A stretch of DNA of 64,000 nt from Eledone cirrhosa (lineage: Eukaryota). The translations under genes were made by a program, and so were the position numbers. This document shows, in pieces, positions 1-8,149 of the stretch (positions are counted from its first letter, which is position 1; each line of letters starts with the position of its first letter). The notes below the pieces were generated by a model. The model was not told the DNA's origin. It did not search any database and saw only the letters and a list, made by a program, of their open reading frames with translations. The stretch lies in NCBI GenBank assembly GCA_964016885.1, contig OZ024740.1:171554001-171618000 (forward strand), written 5' to 3'.

Positions 1-108
1 AGGAATTCCAACTTTGTCTGATTTACTCGTTTTATTTACAATCCTTTAAAATTTATAATGGTATTATAATGAAATAGTATGATTGAATATTAAATTCTAA
101 GTGTTAAT

Positions 109-147
109 TGAACAAGTACTTTCATGCTTTCGCAATCTTCAGGTTCA
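109..147 (-). ncRNA. Minimal type I hammerhead ribozyme, antisense twin of 205-243
   Basis: Exact reverse complement of 205-243, in the left arm of the palindrome. Confidence 0.85.
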
Positions 148-204
148 TAATATGTGGTGACAGTCAAGTTTGCAATTTTCAACTGTGACTGTCACCACAT
201 ATTA

Positions 205-243
205 TGAACCTGAAGATTGCGAAAGCATGAAAGTACTTGTTCA
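205..243 (+). ncRNA. Minimal type I hammerhead ribozyme (PLE-type)
   Basis: UGAAC-CUGAAGA-U-UGC-GAAA-GCA-U-GAAA-GUAC-UU-GUUCA. Stem I UGAAC/GUUCA, intact CUGANGA and GAAA core, stem II capped by a GAAA tetraloop, palindromic AGUACU stem/loop III. Predicted cleavage after CUU at 238. Confidence 0.85.
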
Positions 244-448
244 ATTAACACTTAGAATTTAATATTCTATCATACTATTTCATTATAATACCATTATAAA
301 TTTTAAAGGATTGTAAATAAAACGAGTAAATCAGACAAAGTTGGAATTCCTCTTATTAATATAATCTTCTATACACAATCATATACACCCGTGTATATTT
401 ATCTATCTATCTATCTCTATATATATTATGCGTTTATGGAAAATAAAG

Positions 449-486
<38 letters not shown>

Positions 487-491
<5 letters not shown>

Positions 492-993
492 AGTTAATAT
501 ATATTAATATATGATAAACACATACGTGTTTGTATTGCAAAAGACGAAGTTAGCTAGAATGAAATAAACTAATTAAAATTAATACAATTTGTCTGTCTCG
601 ATATAAGTCAATAAAGACAAGCTTATATTGGCAAAAGCCGTGATTCCTGGACAAATTTAAATTTCAAAATCCAAACCTGCTCCGTAGATGAATTTGAACT
701 TCGAAACCTAAATATGTTTCGCAACGATGGTATAAAAAGTGAAATATTCAAATCTTCTGTGCTTATCAACAGGAATCCAGTAAAATTAGTAAATTTCACC
801 TTCAAAAATTTTGTAGGACTGATTCACACGAGGTATAATCAGCTATACTAGCTATAAGCTTGTCTTTATTGACTTATATCGAGACAGACAAATTGTATTC
901 ATTTTAATTAGTTTATTTCATTCTAGCTAACTTCGTCTTTTGCAATACAAACACGTATGTGTTTATCATATATTAATATATATTAACTTGTAT
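487..993. repeat. Foldback element: 141-bp inverted arms (487-627 / 853-993) around a 225-bp spacer, abutting (TA)n
   Basis: ATACAAGTTAATATATATTAATATATGATAAACAC...GACAAGCTTATA versus TATAAGCTTGTC...GTGTTTATCATATATTAATATATATTAACTTGTAT, with about one mismatch. Confidence 0.9.
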
Positions 994-1264
994 TTCACTG
1001 CTCAGAAATGCTTCTTTCTTTGAGCTAATTAATTGTAAATGACTTTGAGTTTAAACTCTAAATATAATATAATATATATATATATATATAAATACATGGA
1101 GAAAGCTAATAGCGATACTCCGGCCAAATCCCAACTCACTCAACAAACATTAGGAAATACCTGAGTATATTCCCAATTAAACGTTTGGGGTGCTAACTAT
1201 ATTGTATTGTGTGGATAATTGGCTGTATTATTTCATATGAGATATATCAAATATATCATTTCCC

Positions 1265-1350
1265 AGACGACTCGTTTCATTATAAGATTTCTACAAGTTG
1301 GGTGAAAATATACCAACTTATGTAGAAGCTTGTATAAGATCAACAGATCT
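1265..1350 (-). ncRNA. Hammerhead-like fold with long stem II and a core variant (CUGUUGA)
   Basis: Minus strand reads AGAU-CUGUUGA-[61 nt containing the hairpin UUCUACAUAAGUUGG/CCAACUUGUAGAA]-GAAAC-GA-GUC-GUCU. Stem I AGAU/GUCU, GUC cleavage triplet. It begins exactly at a (TA)n tract. Confidence 0.6.
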
Positions 1351-2311
1351 TATATATATATATATATACCTTGTTTTTTTCGTATATATATATTTTTTCT
1401 CATATATATTTCCTCCCTCATTTTGCGTCTATGTACTTTTTGGTTTGATTCATGTGATAGAAGATATTAACTAATTGTTTGTTTAATCATTACATTCTAT
1501 ACTTAAAATTTATCTTCCATTCTTCGTTACCGAACTATCGTTCAATATATGGGTAATATATCTCTAATATCCAATATTGATCCCCTTTTCATAATTTATA
1601 ACTATAATTTACACATCTTCCTATTTATTATATTTTTTTATTTACTTCAATCAAGATTTTAACTTTTAATTTATAATTTTCAATCTTATTACTAATTGTA
1701 ATTTCCATTTTGAAACCATAATATCTAGACCCTAGAATTAAGTTTATATTATCTTCGCGGGTGATGGTCAATTCTATTGTCCAAACATGATTTAAGGGTT
1801 GTATTGGAACCTATTGAAACTTATACTCCACCACTACCACAAAGTTTCGGTTGGTTGCCACTGAACGAGCGACTAACAGTAAACTACAACTTGGTGGCTG
1901 GTACGAACTCTATGACTGTGTCACCTTACCTGCTTGGATGGGGTGATTGATTGGTTGGGAAAGAGGGGGGGGGGTGTGCCTAGTCTAGTTTCGTTGTATT
2001 TTGGGGTAGTAATTAGATGGTCAACATCCTTCACATTTGCGCCTGCGCAAAGCTGTGGGGGTGAATTGGGGCTCACGAGGGAACGGCCGAAGCCTTCAAG
2101 AACACCTTTTTTGTCCGTTCCCTTGTCATTTCAATTTGGATTGCCTCGGGAACGTAACCTTATTATGTAAGAAGCTGTCTCATGAGATCATGGCACTGGG
2201 TACACAGAATCGTGTGCCCACTGTCGTCATTGAAATATGTATCACAGCATTATCAGTAAAGGACTTTAACATCTGAAACTACTTCTCATTTTCTTATCCC
2301 CCCTCTCTCTC

Positions 2312-2346
<35 letters not shown>

Positions 2347-2350
<4 letters not shown>

Positions 2351-2908
2351 CTGGAAGATCACTGATGAAGGACTAAATTTATTCATATGTAACCCATTTG
2401 CAACCATGCAGCACGCCATGTTTTCATATTCATATATATATATATTTTCCTCCGCTGTGACCCGTCTGTTTCTTTCTTATTGCTTCCCCTTTTCTCTGTA
2501 TCTCTCACTTCCTTTTACCCCCTCTACCAGTCACTCTCTCTGTTACCCTCTTCCTCACACTTTCACTCATTCACTCTCTGCTACTCCCTCTCCTACTTCC
2601 TCCCGTTTGACCTGTGCGAGATTCTTTCCTTACTCACATTTCGACTAGGTTTGATGGTCTTTATTCTCTCTCGTCTACGATTTCACAGAACTTATGTTCA
2701 TCGATTTCAGGAACTTCACTCCTTCTTCCTCACTTTTCGCTGCATTACCATCTTTGTTTGTTTACTGTCTCGCTCGTTCCCCTATTTACGTGTCCCAACG
2801 ACTTTCTTTAGCCGTTGCTCTCACCAACCAGAGGTATATTGTCTTTAAAGCGATGAAATACCAATGAAGGCTGGAAGATCACTGATGAAGGACTAAATTT
2901 ATTCATAT
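2347..2908 (+). mobile_element. Non-coding element bounded by 42-bp perfect direct repeats (2347-2388, 2867-2908); probable PLE pseudo-LTR remnant
   Basis: AAGGCTGGAAGATCACTGATGAAGGACTAAATTTATTCATAT occurs twice, 520 bp apart. The unit is flanked by (TA)n on both sides, has a CT-rich interior, and the repeat contains CTGATGA. Confidence 0.5.
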
Positions 2909-2922
2909 ATATATATATAGTG

Positions 2923-4148
2923 ATAATACTTGGTGACTTCAATTCTCGAGTGGGGAATGCCGCTGCAACATGGAGTACAGTCAGTCATTGGAAACAGGGG
3001 CCATGGGAACTGCAATGACAACGAGCTTTGCCTTCTCGGCATATGTACTGAGCATGAGCTTCTCATAACCAATACCATCTTCCAGCTCCCTACCCGACAG
3101 AAGACCACCTGGAGGCATCCTCGATCTCAATAATGGTTCATCCTGGACTATTCCAACGTCCGACAGAAACGTCCTCATCACACGCTCCGTCCCCGGAGCC
3201 GATGACTCCTGGACGGACCATCGGTTGCTTATGTCTGAACTCAACATCAAAACATGCAGGCGATTACGCAACAAACACATAGAGACACGGAAATTCGAAA
3301 CGCAAAAATTGACCGTTCCGAACGTGGCTAAGGAATACCTAGCGGCAGTCGAGCGTCATCATGCGATGCCAAATTCTGCCCAACAAAACACACAAGAGTG
3401 GAAATCCCTTCGGGCGACCATATGCAAAGCTATAAATCAAGCACCAGACACATGAAATACGCCAGCAAGATCAGCATCCAAAACCACTGTTGGATATAGG
3501 GCGGAGGAACTACAACAATACACCGACAGCCAAAGTATGAGACAATTCTTCGCAGGAGTCAAGGAGGTTTTTGGTCCTTTCAGGAGGTCTACATCCATCC
3601 TGATAGCGGCTGACAAAATCACCGAACTCGCCGAGACCTAAGACATTCTAGCGAGATGGCAAGAACACTTCTCTACCCTTCTAAATCGAGACTCAACTGC
3701 AACACCAGACTTCCTCAATGCGTCCCACAATGGATGCCTGCCAACCCTACCTATCATGATTTCGAAGCTGCGCTCAAGTCCATCCAATCCTTTAGAGTCC
3801 CGGGGCCTGATAACAATCCCCTGGAACTGATCAAACATGGCAGATTACCTCTCAAAGCAAGAATCTTCCTCCTTCTACGTATCTGGGAAAAGGAGGAAGT
3901 TCCATCAGATCTGAAGGATGCGAATATCGTCACCATCTTCAAGAAGGAAGATAGTAGCGTTCGTGGAAATTACCGGGGTTCTTTCTCCTATCCATCACAG
4001 GGAATATCCTGATCAGGATCCTTCTCAATCGCCTTCTAACCTTGTCAGGGGACATCCTCCCTGAAAGTCAAGTGGTTTTAGAGGCAACAGAGGAACCATC
4101 AATATGTGAGATAAATCCAGGAAAAATGTACAGAGCAGCAAAAAACCC
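2923..4148 (+). mobile_element. Degenerate RTE-clade LINE fragment (APE endonuclease C-terminal half through RT N-terminus)
   Basis: Across frameshifts: LGDFNSRVG, ELLITNTIFQLPTRQKTTWRHPRSQ*WFILDY, SWTDHRLL, then PGPDNNPLELIKHG and IWEKEEVPSDLKDANIVTIFKKEDSSVRGNYRG. These are motifs typical of RTE/BovB ORF2. Several stops and frameshifts. Confidence 0.9.
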
Positions 4149-4149
4149 C

Positions 4150-4196
<47 letters not shown>

Positions 4197-4214
4197 CACT
4201 CCCGTATATATATA

Positions 4215-4398
4215 CGGGAGTGCTGAAAAGTCCCTGGCTTAAGGGTATCGCGATAGGGTAGAGCTGTACCTTTACAGGGGAGGTAGGACCACTGCAATAA
4301 GTATGTGAATCTGAGAAGGGAATATGTTAAATAAAATCATAACTAACTGATCCTCCTGTATTTTATTTTACCCAAAGCCAGGACTTTTAGCACCCCTG
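4215..4398 (+). mobile_element. Mariner-type MITE / internally deleted Tc1-mariner element
   Basis: Imperfect TIRs CGGGAGTGCTGAAAAGTCCCTGGCTT and AAGCCAGGACTTTTAGCACCCCTG, with TA on both sides. Internal GGGAATATGTTAAATAAA resembles the mariner transposase terminal G-x-Y-V-x-stop. Confidence 0.75.
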
Positions 4399-4613
4399 TA
4401 TATAAATAATGATGTGCTCATGCGCGGAGATGCTATTAAATAGGGTGAAGACCCTTAAAGACGGAAAAAAAAGGTTGCCATCGGTTACGATGAGGAATTG
4501 AATCCCATATCTCCCAGGTACCGGCTGATATAGATAGCTGTATTATAGATTCTAGTTATCACAAACATCGTATGTCAATAAATATTGTGTATACCTAATA
4601 TATATATATATAT

Positions 4614-5432
4614 ATTTCCCGTCTTTCCACCAACGAGCGCATTTTCAACGACCATTCCACTTATTACAATGAAGCTCTTGCTCGAAGTGGATTTGTCGAT
4701 AAGGTAGCATATACAGAGTATGAAAATAGACCTAGAAGAAATAGATCCCGTCGCATTTGTTGGTTTAACCCACCATATAATATGGAGGTGGCTACACCAT
4801 TAGCTAAGATCTTTCTTTCCCTTATTACGAAGCATTTCCCCCCTACACATAAATATAGTAAAATTTTTAATAGAAATACTATTAAAATTTCTTACTCTAC
4901 GACTCCTAACCTTGCACATAACATCACAGCTTCAAATTTAGCTAAACTACCTAGCCGTAGGAACACGTGCAACCCTGTAGTTAGTACTAACTGTAATTGT
5001 AGGAATCGGGCTGATTGCCCCCTATCCGGGAAATGCCTCTCTAGTAACATTGTCTACAAATGTAAGGTTGTAACACCCACGTCCCGTAGGGCCTACATAG
5101 GGTTAACCGCCAATAGTTTCAAGCAGCGTCTTTACATGCATACCCATTCTTTTCGTTACCCTCTAAGAAGGAATATGACGTCACTTTCAGCTTATATCTG
5201 GAGTCTAAAAGACAACCACACCCAATATAAGTTACACTGGGAGATCCTAGTTAGGGCTAGATCGTATAACGGAAATAAAAGACCATGTGACCTCTGCGCC
5301 GCTGAGGCCCTGGAAATACTCTACGCCACAGACCACATCTTAAACAAAAAATCTGAGGTAATTTCGGCTTGTAAACATAAATTGCACAAAACTTTCCTGT
5401 ATTACAGCCCCACGTTATACCCTAACGGATAG
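4614..5432 (+). CDS. PLE polyprotein C-terminus: RT thumb/linker plus GIY-YIG endonuclease (5'-truncated, no true start codon)
   Basis: The frame is open from 4614: ISRLSTNERIFNDHSTYYNEALARSGF...RRICWFNPPYN...KIFNRNTIKISYS...CNCRNRADCPLSGKC, NIVYKC...YIGLTANSFKQR...H, CDLCAAEALEI, LNKKSEVISACKH. It has GIY-YIG core motifs plus the CxC-x5-C and WFNPP features I associate with Naiad-type PLEs. Confidence 0.9.
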   Translation: MSRLSTNERIFNDHSTYYNEALARSGFVDKVAYTEYENRPRRNRSRRICWFNPPYNMEVATPLAKIFLSLITKHFPPTHKYSKIFNRNTIKISYSTTPNLAHNITASNLAKLPSRRNTCNPVVSTNCNCRNRADCPLSGKCLSSNIVYKCKVVTPTSRRAYIGLTANSFKQRLYMHTHSFRYPLRRNMTSLSAYIWSLKDNHTQYKLHWEILVRARSYNGNKRPCDLCAAEALEILYATDHILNKKSEVISACKHKLHKTFLYYSPTLYPNG

Positions 5433-6242
5433 CACGATCTATACGTGGATATTTTACGTCTTGATGTGGGAGCTAAGTATATGTTTTGTTTATTCCTTTA
5501 CTTATTTGCATAGGTAAGTATATATTACCCATATGTTTTGTGAAGGTATGTATACCTTCTCGTACGTATATTTGACTGTTATGGCGTATCATTTTTACAT
5601 ATTCTGGTATTTAGGGTTTGGCTATGTGTATACGGGAGTTTTGCGTCCGAGTGAGTATGCAGGTTCGTACGTATGGTGGGTGTGTGTATATGTGTACTTC
5701 TTGTTTTAGTTGACTTACGTCTCCGAACCTTCATGTATTTATATGTAGGTACGTGTGTGCGCTTGTTATATACGTATTTATTTACTTATATACGTTTATA
5801 TAATTATTTATTTATTTGTACACAAGCATACACACACACACATATTTATATGTGCGTGGTTTTGTATACCTATGGTAAGGTTTTGTGTATGCTTGTGTAT
5901 GTACGTATCTGTTTGCGTGTATGTATTTATTTGTTCCTATTACTTCTGTATTGTATTTATTTACTTTGTTCTTAACTCTCTAGCGGAGATTCATTTGGTC
6001 TCCTAGTTAGAATTTTAGTCTACGACTTCTGCTATACCATTTACGTGGTTTTGTCTTTGCGTGCTATTGTTCTCCACGCTCCACATATGACTTATTATCT
6101 TCGTATTTTCGTTCATTGCCAGAGAACGTCTCTATGCACCACCTAAGAGAACATTAGTCTACGACCTCTTTTATACCATAAACGTGGTTCTGTCTTTGCG
6201 CGTAATTGTTTTTCACCGCTCCTATTAATGACGTATTATTCG

Positions 6243-6424
6243 GTGAATTGGCAGTATCGGTAGAGGGTCGGACGCCATGCTTTGACGCATAGAGTTACGG
6301 CCCTTGCCATTCTGAGTTCAAATCCCGCCGAGGTTAACTTTGCCTTTCATCCTTTCGGGGTCGATAAAATAAAGTACCAGTAATGTACTGGGTAATTGCT
6401 GGCCTTGTGCCAATAGTAGAAACA
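6243..6424 (+). mobile_element. tRNA-derived SINE with 8-bp TSD, inserted in the PLE 3' UTR
   Basis: A-box-like TGGCAGTATCGG, B-box GAGTTCAAATCC, central GCCTTTCATCCTTTCGGGGTCGATAAA...AGTACCAG. TSD ATTATTCG at 6235-6242 and 6425-6432. Confidence 0.85.
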
Positions 6425-6534
6425 ATTATTCGTTTTTTCCCGTTCTTCGCCAGCGAACGTTTCCACGAACCAAAGTATTGTCTTCCTATCTTCCTCCGGT
6501 TGCAACGTTTTTTGAAATATCCACTTCTGCGTTT

Positions 6535-6610
6535 ACAGATTGACTTTGTTAGTTTCAGAAGATCCCGTTAAGGGTGAAAGCAGCGATTCCTTGCTTAAAC
6601 TTTAATCTGT
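6535..6610 (+). ncRNA. Full-length type I hammerhead fold in the PLE 3' end, with a single core change (CAGAAGA)
   Basis: Stem Ib ACAGAUUGA/UUAAUCUGU, 7-nt bulge, stem Ia AGUUU/AAACU, core CAGAAGA...GAAA, stem II CCC-GUUAA-GGG, stem III AGCAG/UUGCU. Cleavage triplet CUU at 6594-6596. Confidence 0.7.
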
Positions 6611-6707
6611 TATTTTAATAAATATTTGCTCTACGGTTCTTATATATTTGATATATATTTTCCTTATCGAGCCCTCTTTGGATTTTAGTCTCCAATTTTA
6701 TTATTAT

Positions 6708-6749
<42 letters not shown>

Positions 6750-6784
6750 CAACGATACTACTACTTTTACACACACACACACAC

Positions 6785-6823
<39 letters not shown>

Positions 6824-6936
6824 AAAATGTTTGACCCCGACGACAGAGCTCAAGCCGTTTCGACGGCTACTTCTGGTGCGTTGTGGTCCATCTGGTTCCT
6901 TACCACACCTCCTTCGTTGTATATATATATATATAC

Positions 6937-7025
<89 letters not shown>

Positions 7026-7162
7026 TAGTTGTATCGTTGTTATGGTGTGCAAGTTTGATATATATATATATTTCATCATCATCATCATCATCGTAAATAC
7101 TGGTATAATCCTCACTGTTTCTCTCTTGATGTATTTCGGTGTGAGAGCGGGTCAGTTGAGGC

Positions 7163-7268
7163 GAAGTAGTTGTATCGTTGTTATGAGATGCCAGTTTAAT
7201 TATATCATTGATATAGATAATGAAAATAAGTAGGCCCAACACAGCGTCCAGCTAGAGGCCACTACTGG
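7163..7268 (-). mobile_element. Small LINE reverse-transcriptase fragment (CR1/L2/Jockey-like)
   Basis: Translates as [21 protein letters not shown], a decayed match to the RT motif SGVPQGSVLGPLLFxIYINDI. Confidence 0.6.
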
Positions 7269-7269
7269 T

Positions 7270-7408
7270 GGCATTACTGGTACTTTATTTTATCGACCAC
7301 GTAAGGATGAAAGTCAAAGTTAACATCGGCGGCTTTTGAACTCAGAACGTAAAGGGCCATCACTCTATGGTGCCAAGCATGGTGTCTGACGCTCTACCGA
7401 TACTGTCG
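7270..7408 (-). mobile_element. tRNA-derived SINE (same family as 6243-6424), 3'-truncated
   Basis: Reverse complement of the head and central domain: CTGGTACTTTATTTTATCGACC...GGATGAAAG...TTGAACTCAGAA...CTCTACCGATACTG. Confidence 0.8.
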
Positions 7409-7430
7409 ATAATGATATTAGTCGATCATT

Positions 7431-7551
7431 CATTCTGAGTTCAAATCCCGCCGAGGTTTAATTTGTCTTTCATCCTTACGGGGTCGATAAAATAAAGTAC
7501 CAGTAATGCACTGGGTATTTGCTGGCCTTGTGCCAAAAAGTAGAAACAATT
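7431..7551 (+). mobile_element. tRNA-derived SINE, 5'-truncated
   Basis: CATTCTGAGTTCAAATCCCGCCGAGG...GGGGTCGATAAAATAAAGTACCAG...GGCCTTGTGCCAAAAAGTAGAAACAAT, nearly identical to 6308-6426. Confidence 0.85.
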
Positions 7552-7659
7552 ATAATTAATAGTGGAGACGGGAATAAGTGGGTAGAGGCGCCTTTGGGGT
7601 TCGATCCCTCGCAGACGACTCCGTCTACATTTTTCTGTTCCACAAACACATAAAAATAC

Positions 7660-7856
7660 GTATGTGTGTGTGTGTGTGGAGGGAGAGGGTGTCTGTGTGT
7701 GTGTGTGTGTGTTTATTTCCGTGTGCGTATGTATGTGTGTGAGTGTATGTGTGTTTGTGTTTGTGTTTGAGTGTGTGTGTGTTTGTTTGCGTGTGTATGT
7801 ATATGTTTATTTGTATGTGTGAGTGAATGTGTGTGTTTGTGTTTGTGTTTGAGTGT

Positions 7857-7917
<61 letters not shown>

Positions 7918-7937
7918 TGTGTGTGTGTGTTCGTGTG
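7660..7937. repeat. Imperfect (GT)n microsatellite
   Basis: Direct inspection. Confidence 0.95.
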
Positions 7938-8149
7938 CGATCATAGGAGTATTCACTAATATTTTAAATCTATCTGAACGTGTCAGTTATACTCACGCTT
8001 CAATGAAAACTCACCTGATAGAAAGTTTTTTTTCTTTTCTTTTTACAAATATAGCTTTTGAATGGCATTGTGTCTTGATCGATTAATTAGTGTCATGCAA
8101 TATTGAAAGAAGCCACAAATCTTAGTTCGCTTAACGTGTCCGATTAAAT

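Larger units (their letters stand above)
1..351. repeat. Near-perfect long palindrome (foldback), arms 1-166 and 186-351, ~19-bp spacer; probable head-to-head PLE pseudo-LTR
   Basis: AGGAATTCCAACTTTGTCTG... at 1 is the reverse complement of ...CAGACAAAGTTGGAATTCCT ending at 351. I found one mismatch (84/268). The left arm may continue before the window. Confidence 0.95.
4614..6710 (+). mobile_element. 5'-truncated Penelope-like retroelement (Naiad-like), including 3' UTR/pLTR, inserted in (TA)n
   Basis: Open GIY-YIG frame followed by ~1.3 kb of non-coding sequence ending in an HHR fold (6535-6610) and AATAAA. (TA)n lies immediately on both sides (4598-4613, 6711-6748). Confidence 0.8.

Noticed and set aside
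1855-1897. CTGAACGA...TAAAC with TTGCCA/TGGTGG pairing as a hammerhead
   Set aside because: Core spacing is wrong, and there is no stem II, GAAA or valid stem III.
4520-4580. Hammerhead-like order of motifs (CTGATAT...GATAGCT/AGTTATC...CAAAC-ATC-GTA) just upstream of the PLE ORF
   Set aside because: There are several core mismatches and no convincing stem I. It may be a decayed pLTR but cannot be supported from this copy alone.
6243-7615. tRNA genes (A/B-box matches at 6248-6325, 7437-7448 and GGTTCGATCCC at ~7599)
   Set aside because: No cloverleaf can be built. The boxes belong to SINE heads or are isolated matches.
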